A stretch of DNA of 21,244 nt from Armatimonadota bacterium (GCA_034722055.1 JAYENL010000279.1:1-21244); one strand, 5' to 3'; numbered from the stretch's first letter, positions 1 through 8,268 are shown. Program-made: numbers and translations. The notes: generated by a model from the letters alone, not told the origin.

Positions 1-6
1 TCAGGA

Positions 7-252
7 GCGGTAGCGACTGACCGCGCAGGTTCCACCCCGGCCCACTGGAGACCTTCGGTCTCACGGGCTTCCAGCCCGACCATCAGCGCAGGCGCCCCCG
101 CCTGCGCGCCGTTTAGCCCCTCGTAGAGCTATCTACCGGGCCGGGGTGGAACCTGAGGCCTATTCGCTGGGAGACTTCTACGAAGTCTCAGTCACAGGCC
201 TCACCGGGCGCTGCGCGCCCGGCGGCCCCTCCACCGGACACGGTGGGTTTTT
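7..252 (-). other. Highly structured non-coding element (branched multi-hairpin; folded ssDNA or ncRNA, family not recognised)
   Basis: Perfect 18-bp inverted repeat 26-43/138-155 encloses four hairpins (48-62, 64-78, 86-107, 123-136). Further hairpins at 154-203, 204-222 and 231-246. No credible ORF. Stems extend by G.T pairs only on the minus strand. Confidence 0.7.
231..252 (+). terminator. Possible intrinsic terminator for a plus-strand transcript entering from the left
   Basis: CCACCG-gaca-CGGTGG followed by GTTTTT. Confidence 0.45.
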
Positions 253-312
253 GAGGCAACCAAGCGGCGACTGTGCCCGTCGTGAAGGTACGCGGAATTG
301 CGGAAGTGAGCG

Positions 313-1635
313 CTAGTCGGCCGGCCTCCCGCGCAGGTCCACCGTGGCCTGCGGCGCGCCCTCCGGGCCCTCCAGGCTGGAGCGCTCCACGATGCTCACG
401 CGCACCGGCAGGCCCAGCATGGCCGCCAACTCGCGCTCCAGCTCCCCGCGTCGCTGACCGAGGGCAATCAGCCCCTGCTCCGTCCCCGCCTGCTGAGCCG
501 GCACCGCCACGCGGATCTCAACGTCGTCGAAGCGCTCCCGCCCCACGACCACCTGGTGGTCGGTGGCGGTGCCCAGGACGCTCTCCAGCGCCTCCCCGAT
601 GGCCTGCGGCTGCAGGGAGATGCCACGCACCACCAGGACGTCGTCGATACGCGTCGAGGGGCGGCTGATGCGGGCGAAGGTCCGGCCGCACTCGCACGGC
701 TCGAGGGTCATGGTGCAGATGTCCCCGGTGCGATAGCGGATGACGGGGAGGGCCTCCTTCTCCAGCGAGGTGATGACCAGCTCACCCTCGTCTCCGGGCG
801 GGACGGGCTCGAGGGTCTCGGGGTCAACGACCTCGGCCAGGAAGTGGTCCTCGCTGACGTGCAGGCCCGCGCGGGCCCCGCACTCCATGGCGAAGCCGGG
901 CCAGGCCGCGGTCCGCAGCCCGAAGGTGTCCAGCGCGGCCACGCCCAGCCGCTGCTCGAGCTCATCGCGCGTTGACTCCGGCCAGGGCTCGCCGCCGAGG
1001 AGCGCCATCTGCAGCCACAGCCCGCGCGGCCCCACCGCCAGCCGATCCAGCTCGTCGGCCAGGTGCAGGGCGTCGGAGGGCATGGCCACCAGCACCGTGG
1101 TGCGGTAGTCGTGCATCACCTGCACCTGCTTGGGGTAGTCGCCGCCGGGAACGGAGATGACCGAGGCACCGATGAGCTGAGCGCCGCGCATGAAGCCGAA
1201 GCCGGCGTCGAACATCCCGGTCTCGAAGGGGATCTGCACCACGGAGTCCTCGGTCACTCCCGCGGCGGTCATCACCCGTGCCGCCAGCTCCCACCAGTGC
1301 TGCAGGTCGTTGCGCGTGTAGGCCCTCACCGCCGGTCCGTGGGTGAGCCCCGGCGCGGTATCGATGCGCACCACCTCGCGCAGTGGCACGGCGAGGAAGC
1401 CGTAGGGGTAGCCCTCCGCCAGGTCCAGGCGGCTGGTGAGCGGCAGCCGCGCCAGGTCCTCCAGGGAGCGCACTCCGTCGGGCACGAACTCCAGGGGCGC
1501 GAAGCGCTCGCGGTAGAAGGCGATGTTGCGCATGGCGCGGTTCAGCGTCACCTGCAGCCGCTCGAGCTGAAGCTGGGTGATCTCCTCGCGGGGCACCGTC
1601 TCCTGATCGGGGTCCCAGATGCGCTGCCCAAGCAT
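313..1635 (-). CDS. Phenylacetate-CoA ligase (PaaK)-like protein with degenerate catalytic motifs
   Basis: PaaK-type segments: LQLERLQ, YPYGFLAVPLREVVRI, EC..GLH..EDHFLAEVVDPET, GELVITSLEKEALPVIRYRTGD, CECGRT. RBS GGGAGG upstream of the ATG. Confidence 0.85.
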   Translation of the reverse strand: MLGQRIWDPDQETVPREEITQLQLERLQVTLNRAMRNIAFYRERFAPLEFVPDGVRSLEDLARLPLTSRLDLAEGYPYGFLAVPLREVVRIDTAPGLTHGPAVRAYTRNDLQHWWELAARVMTAAGVTEDSVVQIPFETGMFDAGFGFMRGAQLIGASVISVPGGDYPKQVQVMHDYRTTVLVAMPSDALHLADELDRLAVGPRGLWLQMALLGGEPWPESTRDELEQRLGVAALDTFGLRTAAWPGFAMECGARAGLHVSEDHFLAEVVDPETLEPVPPGDEGELVITSLEKEALPVIRYRTGDICTMTLEPCECGRTFARISRPSTRIDDVLVVRGISLQPQAIGEALESVLGTATDHQVVVGRERFDDVEIRVAVPAQQAGTEQGLIALGQRRGELERELAAMLGLPVRVSIVERSSLEGPEGAPQATVDLRGRPAD

Positions 1636-1659
1636 TGCTCTTAGCCTCCCGCCGCGGCG

Positions 1660-2394
1660 CTACTCCCAGATCTCCGTGTAGCCCTTGCCCAGATACGCCC
1701 GCTGCACCTCGGGGTTGTCCAGCAGGTCCCGCGCTGTGCCCTCCAGCACGATCCTGCCCGTCTCCAGGACGTAGCCGCGGTCGGCGATGCGCAGGGCCGC
1801 CCGGGCGTTCTGCTCCACCAACAGCACGGTCATGCCCTCGTCCCGGAGCCTGGTGACCTCGGCGAAGAACTGCTGGGCGATGATGGGGGCCAGGCCCAGC
1901 GAGGGCTCGTCGAGCATCAGCAGCTTCGGCCGGGACATCAGGCCCCTGGCCAGGGCCAGCATCTGCTGCTCGCCGCCTGAGAGGCTGCCCGCGAGCTGCG
2001 ACCGGCGCTCCTCCAGCACCGGGAAGCGCTCGAACTGCTGCTGCAGGTCGGCCGCGACATCCGCCCGACCCGCCTGGCCCCACCGCGAGTAGGCGCCCAG
2101 CAGGAGGTTGTCGGCGGTCGTGAGCCTGTCGAAGACCTGGCGGCCCTCCGGGACCTGGCAAATCCCGGCGCGCACCAGGCGCCCCGGCGGCCAGTTGGTG
2201 ACGTCCCGGCCGTCGAAGAGGATCGTTCCCGACTGGGCGGGCATGAGTCCGGAGATGACCTTCAGGGCGGTGCTCTTCCCGGCTCCGTTGGCGCCGATGA
2301 GGGTGACGATCTCGCCCTCGTCAACGTGCAGCGACACCCGGCGCAGGGCCCGCACGCGGCCGTAGGCGGCATCCACGCTGGTCAGCCGCAGCAT
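1660..2394 (-). CDS. livF: HAAT ABC transporter ATP-binding subunit (LivF-like)
   Basis: Walker A GANGAGKST, QVPEGR, signature LSGGEQQMLA, LLMLDEPSLGLAP, LVEQNA. Start overlaps the upstream stop (TGATG). Confidence 0.93.
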   Translation of the reverse strand: MLRLTSVDAAYGRVRALRRVSLHVDEGEIVTLIGANGAGKSTALKVISGLMPAQSGTILFDGRDVTNWPPGRLVRAGICQVPEGRQVFDRLTTADNLLLGAYSRWGQAGRADVAADLQQQFERFPVLEERRSQLAGSLSGGEQQMLALARGLMSRPKLLMLDEPSLGLAPIIAQQFFAEVTRLRDEGMTVLLVEQNARAALRIADRGYVLETGRIVLEGTARDLLDNPEVQRAYLGKGYTEIWE

Positions 2395-3164
2395 CAGTCG
2401 GTCACCTCCCCCAGGTACGCGGCCAGCACCCTCTCGTCACTGCGAATCTCCTCCGGCGTCCCCTCCGCCAGCGGCTCGCCGCGATCCAGCACCAGGATCT
2501 CCTCGGCGACGCTCATCACCAGAGACATGTCGTGCTCCACAAGCAGGATGGTGACGCCGCTGTCCCGAATGCGCTGGATAGTCTCGGCCAGGCGTTCGGT
2601 CTCGCGCATGTTCAGCCCCGCCGCCGGCTCGTCCATCAGCAGGAGCTGCGGCTCGGCGGCCAGTGCGCGGGCGACCTCCACCATGCGCCGCTGGCCGATG
2701 GACAGCGCGGCCGCCTGGCGCCCGGCCAGGTCCATCAGTCCGGCCCTTGCCAGCGCCTCCATCGCGACCTCCCGGTACCTCCGCTCCTCGGCGCCGGCCC
2801 CGAACAGGCGGAGGGCGGCGCTCAGCATCGTGGCGCTGCCCTGGAGGTGGTGGCCGACCATCACGTTCTCGAGCACGGTCATCTGATCGAACAGTTGGCT
2901 GGTCTGGAAGGTCCGCCCGATGCCCAGTGCAGCCACGCGGTGGGAGGGCATGCCCAGCAGCTCCCGGCCTCGGAACCGCGCCCGGCCCGCGTCGGGGGGC
3001 AACACGCCGGTGAGCAGGTTGAAGATCGTGGTCTTGCCTGCCCCGTTGGGGCCGATGAGGGCCTTGATCTGGCCCTCGTGCACCGTAAAGCTGACGTCCT
3101 TGACGGCCTCCAGGCCCCCGAAGTCCTTACACAGGCCCGCGACCTCCAGCAGCAGCTCACTCAT
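2394..3164 (-). CDS. livG: HAAT ABC transporter ATP-binding subunit (LivG-like)
   Basis: FGGLEAV, GPNGAGKTT, GIGRTFQ, LLMDEPAAG, LVEHDM, AYLG. Start at ATG 3164 (alternative GTG 3173). Confidence 0.93.
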   Translation of the reverse strand: MSELLLEVAGLCKDFGGLEAVKDVSFTVHEGQIKALIGPNGAGKTTIFNLLTGVLPPDAGRARFRGRELLGMPSHRVAALGIGRTFQTSQLFDQMTVLENVMVGHHLQGSATMLSAALRLFGAGAEERRYREVAMEALARAGLMDLAGRQAAALSIGQRRMVEVARALAAEPQLLLMDEPAAGLNMRETERLAETIQRIRDSGVTILLVEHDMSLVMSVAEEILVLDRGEPLAEGTPEEIRSDERVLAAYLGEVTD

Positions 3165-4194
3165 CGCGCTCACCGCTGCGCCGCGCGATCCGCTCCCGCA
3201 GCCAGTCCGCCAGCGATCCCAGGGCCCGGGCCACGCCCCCGGGCATCACAACCATCATGAACATCAGCAGCAGGCCGTAGGCGATGATGTCGTAGTCGGC
3301 GTAGGGCCGGAGGACCTCCTCGATGAAGGTGATGGTCGCTGCGCCCAGCACCGGCCCCCACAGGGTCCCCTGCCCGCCGAGCACCACCATCACCAGCAGG
3401 GCGATGGACTTGTGGAAGTCAAAGGGGGTCGGCGAGAGGAAGCGCATGGACGAGTGCGCGTAGAGCGTGCCCGCTATGGAGGCGTAGGCCGCCGAGATGA
3501 CGAAGGCGCGCACCTTGAAGGCGGCGGTGTCCACGCCCAGGGTCTCGGCCGCCAGCTCGCTGTCGTGGAGCGCGCGCAGGGCCCGGCCCGGCCGCGACGC
3601 CACCAGGTTCGAGAACAGCACGCTCAGCAGGCAGCCCCAGCCCCACACGAAGTAGAAGTAGTGCACGTCCATGTCCGAGCGCAGCTCCCAGCCCGCCAGC
3701 GTGATGGATGGGATATTCATCAGGCCCTGGGGCCCGCCGGTCATCTCCGACCACTGGCGGATGACCACGGACACGATGATCCCCACCCCCAGCGTGGCCA
3801 TCGCCAGGTAGTGGCCCTTCAGGTGCAGCGTGGGCTTGCCCACCAGCCACGCCACCGCGCTGGTGATCACGATCGCCGCCAGCATCGCCAGCCACGGATT
3901 CCAGCCGTAGGTGGCCGTCAGGATGCCCGAGGCGTAGGCGCCGATCCCGTAGAAGGCCGCATGGCCCAGCGACACCTGCCCGGCGTAGCCCATAAGCAGG
4001 TTCAGGCCGGTTGCCAGGATGAGGTTCAGCCCGACGACGGTGAGGATGTGCAGGTAGTAGGCGTTGCGCACCACCAGCGGCAGCAGGGCAACGGCCGTGA
4101 AGAACAGCACCAGTTGGATCTTCTCCGCGCGGCGGCGCCGGGCCATCGCCTGCGCCTCATCACGGGCCGGCGGCTGTTGGGGCTCGGCGGCCAC
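3157..4194 (-). CDS. livM: HAAT ABC transporter permease (LivM-like)
   Basis: GLNLLMGYAGQVSLGHAAFYGIGAY, LKGHYLAMATL, TGGPQGL, GRALRAL, MVVLGG. GTG start overlaps the upstream TAG. Confidence 0.92.
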   Translation of the reverse strand: MAAEPQQPPARDEAQAMARRRRAEKIQLVLFFTAVALLPLVVRNAYYLHILTVVGLNLILATGLNLLMGYAGQVSLGHAAFYGIGAYASGILTATYGWNPWLAMLAAIVITSAVAWLVGKPTLHLKGHYLAMATLGVGIIVSVVIRQWSEMTGGPQGLMNIPSITLAGWELRSDMDVHYFYFVWGWGCLLSVLFSNLVASRPGRALRALHDSELAAETLGVDTAAFKVRAFVISAAYASIAGTLYAHSSMRFLSPTPFDFHKSIALLVMVVLGGQGTLWGPVLGAATITFIEEVLRPYADYDIIAYGLLLMFMMVVMPGGVARALGSLADWLRERIARRSGERDE

Positions 4195-5075
4195 TACAGC
4201 TCACCCCCACCCTCTTCGCCCAGGAATCCGCTGGGCTTGATCAGCAGCACCGTGATCAGGACCACGAAGGCTATGGCGTCCTTATACTGGGAGCTGATCA
4301 GCCCGGCGCCCAGCGCCTCCAGCACGCCCAGCAGCAGCCCCCCGATGATGCCGCCGATGCTGTTGCCCAGCCCTCCCAGGATCGCTGCGCAGAAGCCCTT
4401 GAGGCCCAGCATGGTGCCGATGCTGTACTGCGTCATGGTGATCGGCGCCAGCACGATCCCGGCGATGGCGCCCACGGCCGCCGCCAGGCCGAAGGACCAC
4501 GAGATCATCCGCGACAGCTCCACGCCGCAAAGCTGAGCCGCCGGGGCGTTGATGGCGCAGGCCCGCATGGCCTTGCCGATGACCGTATGCTCGAAGATCA
4601 TCCACATCGCCACGGCCACCACCAGAGTCGTGCCCAGCACCCACAGGGACTGGGGCGTGATGGCGGCGCCGAAGACGGAGATGGGGGACTCGCCGCTGAA
4701 GGCGGGCACGGGCCGCTCCTCGGGGCCCCAGATGACGCTGGCCACGCCGCGTATGAAGATTGACGCACCGACCGTGATGATGATGAGGACGACGATGGAG
4801 GCTCTGCGCGCCGGGCGGATGGCTGCGCGGTCCAGCGCCAGCCCCACCACTGTGGTCCCCGCCACCGCCAGCAGCGCCGCCAGCCACAGCGGGAGATTCC
4901 ATGCCGACATGGCCGCGGCGGTGATCATCCCGCCCAGCATCACGAACTCGCCCTGGGCGAAGTTGATGACCCCGGTGGCGTTGTACACCAGCGAGAAGCC
5001 CAGGGCGATCAGGGCGTAGATGCCGCCCGTGGTCAGCCCGGAGAGGGAGAACTGCCAGACCTGGACCGCCGTCAT
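4194..5075 (-). CDS. livH: HAAT ABC transporter permease (LivH-like)
   Basis: YALIALGFSLVY..GVINFAQGEFVMLGG, GKAMRAC, KGFCAAILGGLG, KPSGFLG. Confidence 0.92.
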   Translation of the reverse strand: MTAVQVWQFSLSGLTTGGIYALIALGFSLVYNATGVINFAQGEFVMLGGMITAAAMSAWNLPLWLAALLAVAGTTVVGLALDRAAIRPARRASIVVLIIITVGASIFIRGVASVIWGPEERPVPAFSGESPISVFGAAITPQSLWVLGTTLVVAVAMWMIFEHTVIGKAMRACAINAPAAQLCGVELSRMISWSFGLAAAVGAIAGIVLAPITMTQYSIGTMLGLKGFCAAILGGLGNSIGGIIGGLLLGVLEALGAGLISSQYKDAIAFVVLITVLLIKPSGFLGEEGGGEL

Positions 5076-5106
5076 CTCAGTCCGCGCTCCATCGCCGCCA
5101 CGAAAC

Positions 5107-5210
5107 GAGCGGGCCGCTCCCGTGCTCCGGGACCGGCCCGCTCCATTGCTGTCCTCTGCAGACGCGGTCCGGCGCCATTTCCACAGCCGGGCCGCCGACT
5201 CCTGTCTGCA
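5107..5210 (-). terminator. Two intercistronic stem-loops after the binding-protein gene (mRNA stabiliser or partial terminator)
   Basis: First: GAGCGGGCCG 5107-5116 / CGGCCCGCTC 5134-5143 with inner TCCCG/CGGGA, followed by GTTT on the minus strand. Second: TGCAGAC 5157-5163 / GTCTGCA 5204-5210 with inner 5164-5173/5186-5195. Confidence 0.6.
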
Positions 5211-5235
5211 CCATCGATCCCACGGATTGTCGCTG

Positions 5236-6462
5236 CTACTCTATCAGCGTCCAGTCGCCGTCCTGGATCTTCACCATCACGAAGGCGTCCGGGCTCAGCC
5301 CATAGTGCTGATCGGGGCCGAAGTTGAAGACGCCGCCGATGCCCACGAAGCCCTCGGTGCTCTCGATGCCATCGCGGATGGCTGCTGGCTCCGCGCCCTC
5401 CTCCTCGATGGCGTTCTTCACCAGCATGACGGCGTCCCAGGCGTGGCCGCCGAAGGTATCGGCTGGCTTGCCGAACTCCTCCTCGTACTGCTCCGCGTAC
5501 TCGAGCAGGAGCTGTTTCTGGGGATCGTCCTCGGGAAGCTGCTCGGCCACCAGGAGCTTGCCGCAGGGCAGGACAATGCCCTCGGCCGCCTCACCCGCAT
5601 CGTCGATGAACCGCCGGTTGGCGACGCCGTGGCTCATGACCAGCGGGATCTGCATGCCGAGTTGGCGCATGTTCTTGGCGATCCGGGCGGGGGCGGGACC
5701 GATGCCCCAGCACACGACCGCCTCGGCGTCGGTGCCCTTGATCTTGGTCAGTTGCGCGGTCATGTCGGTGTCCGCGTCATCGAACTGCTGCTTGGTCACT
5801 ATGTCCAGCTCGGCATCGGGGGCCTTCTTCTCGAGCTGTATCAGGCCCTGCTCACCGAAGCCGCTGCTGGCCGTGAGCGTCGCGATCTTCGTGATCCCCT
5901 GCTCCCCAAGGTACTCATAGATCACGTGCACAGCGTCCTCGTCGCTCTGTGGAGTGTTGAAGACCCACTTCTTCACCGGGTCGGTGATGGCTCGGGCCGC
6001 CGCGCAGGAGATCAGCGGCACCTCCGCCTGCTCGACCGCGCTGATGATGCCCAGCGTGGTCCCGCTGCGGCTGGGCCCGACGATCGCCACCACATTCTCT
6101 CTCTCGATGAGCTCCTTGACAGCCTTCAGGCCCTCCTCCTCCAGGCCCTTGGTGTCCCGAATGATGATCTCCACCGTCCGTCCGCTGATCCCGCCCTCGG
6201 CGTTGATCTGCTCCTGCAGCATCTCGGCAGTGTTCGCCTCCGGCTGACCCAGCGCCGAGGCCTTGCCGCTGAGGTCAAAAATGGCCCCGATCTTGATGGC
6301 GCCTTCCTCCCCGGCCATCGTCTCGAGTGGCGGCTCCGCTTCAGGCGGCATCGCCTCAGGCGGGGCCTCCTCCTTGGGCGGACAGCCGCACAGCGTCACT
6401 ACGAGCGCTCCCAGCCCCACCACCACCAGCAATGGCCAGGTCCGTCTCATCACTCTGCGCAT
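5236..6462 (-). CDS. ABC substrate-binding lipoprotein, periplasmic binding protein type 1 (LivK/aromatic-acid-binding-like)
   Basis: Signal peptide with lipobox LCGC; IKIGAIFDLSG; INAEGGISG; DTDMTAQLTKI; SHGVAN. Strong RBS AAGGAGGGAGG favours ATG 6462 over the ORF-track start at 6495. Confidence 0.9.
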   Translation of the reverse strand: MRRVMRRTWPLLVVVGLGALVVTLCGCPPKEEAPPEAMPPEAEPPLETMAGEEGAIKIGAIFDLSGKASALGQPEANTAEMLQEQINAEGGISGRTVEIIIRDTKGLEEEGLKAVKELIERENVVAIVGPSRSGTTLGIISAVEQAEVPLISCAAARAITDPVKKWVFNTPQSDEDAVHVIYEYLGEQGITKIATLTASSGFGEQGLIQLEKKAPDAELDIVTKQQFDDADTDMTAQLTKIKGTDAEAVVCWGIGPAPARIAKNMRQLGMQIPLVMSHGVANRRFIDDAGEAAEGIVLPCGKLLVAEQLPEDDPQKQLLLEYAEQYEEEFGKPADTFGGHAWDAVMLVKNAIEEEGAEPAAIRDGIESTEGFVGIGGVFNFGPDQHYGLSPDAFVMVKIQDGDWTLIE

Positions 6463-6515
6463 CAAAACGCCTCCCTCCTTCGATCTCGATGCCATGACTC
6501 ACACGGTAACACGGG

Positions 6516-6544
6516 AGTCTATAACCGTGGCGCTGTATTGTCAA
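6516..6544 (-). promoter_or_regulatory. Sigma70-type promoter of the ABC operon
   Basis: TTGACA (6544-6539), 17 bp spacer, TAGACT (6521-6516). Confidence 0.75.
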
Positions 6545-6615
6545 AGGCTCTTTAGCGAAACAGTGGGGGAATGAGGCCGCGCCGGGGGGATCGGCGCGTG
6601 ACGCTGATCGGTGAC

Positions 6616-8268
6616 TCAGGCCATCTCTCCATCGATGAGGCGGACCGGAAGCTCGTCCAGCGGCTGGCCGTCGGCCGTCTGCAGGATGAGCACGTGGCGC
6701 GAGAACGGGATCTCCACGCCCTCCTCGTCGAAGGTGGCCTTCACCCGGCGGCGCAGCTCGCAGGCGACCTCCCAGTGCTTGCCCGGCTCAACGGGCACCA
6801 GCAGCCGCAGCCCGACATCGGAGGCGTTGAAGCCCAACACCCGCGTGGTGGGCGGTCCCGTGATCTCGGGAATGTCGTTTCTCGCGTCACGGGCGATCTC
6901 CTCGAGCACGGCCAGCGCCCGGCTGACGTCACCCTCATAGGCCACGCCCACGTCCACGACCGCCTTGACGTAGCGCTTGGAGTAGTTGATGACCTCGTTG
7001 ATCTGACCGTTGGGTAAAATCGCCAGCGAGCCGTTCCGCCTGCGGATGGAGGTCTGCCGCAGCGTCAGCGCCTCGACGGTGCCCTCGATGCCACCGATCT
7101 CGACGAAGTCGCCCACCATGTACTCGCCCTCGAAGAGCGTGAAGAAGCCGCTGATGACATCCTGGACGAGGTTCTGGGCGCCGAAGCCGATGGCCAGACC
7201 CGCGATTCCGGCGCCGGCCAGGATGGCCGTGACATCCACCCCCAGTTGCTGCAGAGCCATGACGCCGGCCACGAAGTAGATGACGTAGCGCAGGAGGCTC
7301 CCCAGCAGCGGCAGCATCGTCTCCCGGCGCTGGCGAATGGTGCGCGTGTCCGTCTCATCGCCCACGGCGAGGCGCGCGATGACGCCCATCCCCACCGCCA
7401 GCGCGAGCTGCGCCAGGATGATGATGCCCACGGCCCGAATGAGGTTGTTGGAGAACTCGAAGGCGGCCGCGCCCAGGGGAGCGGTGCGGATGACATAGGC
7501 GGCGGCCGCAACGTAGACCGACCACCGCAGCGCACTCTTGATGGAGTCGAGTATCCGCCGCACCTGGCGCCGACCGCTGTCCTCGAGAGCGGCGTCCTCG
7601 TCGCGCCTCAGCCCCTCGTAGATGGCATCGATAGACACGTCCAGGGCGTCGCTGATCAGTCGAACCAGGCCCCAGACCACGGCCAGCGAGAAGATGAAGC
7701 CGATCCAGTAGGCGACGGCCCCGGGCAGGTTCAGCGCGCCCGCGATGAGGATGGCGCCGGCGTACCACAGCCCGGCCTCGATGAGGTGTCGCAGGTTCGT
7801 GCCCAGCGTCTCGACCCGGCTGTCCGCAACGCGGACCGCGCGGGCCGCCTGCAGGCGCTCCACCGTCCAGTCCCGGAACTGCCCGCCCAGCCACGAGAGG
7901 AGCTTGAGCAGCACCAGAACGGCCGCGATCTCGCCCGCCGCAAGGCCTGCCCGCCTGGGCGAGATCCTCGAGAGCTGGTGCATGATCAGGTCCGGCCCCG
8001 AGTGGCCCATCGCGGTCAGCCAGGCGTTGTAGCCGACGACGCCGAGGGCCGCCAGGCCGGCCAGGATCCTGATGTAGCGGGCGACCTGATCGGCCACCTC
8101 CTCCCGCCGCTCATCGCCCATCATCTGCCGGCCCTCCACCGGCTCCATCTGCGAGAGCGCCATGAGCACGAGGCGGCTGAGCCGAATCGCCAGCCAGCTC
8201 ACCACCCCCAGGACGATGAGCTCTGCCAGGGTCAGCGCGGCATTGGGCATCAGCAGCTCTGGGCTCAT
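6616..8268 (-). CDS. MscS-family mechanosensitive channel with extended N-terminal membrane region
   Basis: AILAGAGIAGLAIGFGAQNLVQDVISGFF, VGDFVEIGG, LPNGQI..VINYS, GVEIPF. RBS GGAGGAGG. Confidence 0.9.
   Translation of the reverse strand: MSPELLMPNAALTLAELIVLGVVSWLAIRLSRLVLMALSQMEPVEGRQMMGDERREEVADQVARYIRILAGLAALGVVGYNAWLTAMGHSGPDLIMHQLSRISPRRAGLAAGEIAAVLVLLKLLSWLGGQFRDWTVERLQAARAVRVADSRVETLGTNLRHLIEAGLWYAGAILIAGALNLPGAVAYWIGFIFSLAVVWGLVRLISDALDVSIDAIYEGLRRDEDAALEDSGRRQVRRILDSIKSALRWSVYVAAAAYVIRTAPLGAAAFEFSNNLIRAVGIIILAQLALAVGMGVIARLAVGDETDTRTIRQRRETMLPLLGSLLRYVIYFVAGVMALQQLGVDVTAILAGAGIAGLAIGFGAQNLVQDVISGFFTLFEGEYMVGDFVEIGGIEGTVEALTLRQTSIRRRNGSLAILPNGQINEVINYSKRYVKAVVDVGVAYEGDVSRALAVLEEIARDARNDIPEITGPPTTRVLGFNASDVGLRLLVPVEPGKHWEVACELRRRVKATFDEEGVEIPFSRHVLILQTADGQPLDELPVRLIDGEMA

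Noticed and set aside
26..155. Known riboswitch or ribozyme (hammerhead, c-di-GMP, ZTP, Moco, glycine)
   Set aside because: Only fragments resemble consensus (CTGATGG rather than CUGANGA and no GAAA; GTGACTG without the rest of ZTP). No complete core found by eye; an Rfam scan is still needed.
6320..6385. PPE-type repeats in the binding protein
   Set aside because: Ordinary Pro/Glu-rich tether after the lipidated Cys.
2920..6555. Long plus-strand ORFs 2920-4536 and 5020-6555, and similar overlapping ORFs elsewhere
   Set aside because: Antisense to well-supported genes, with low-complexity Arg/Pro/Gly/His-rich translations.
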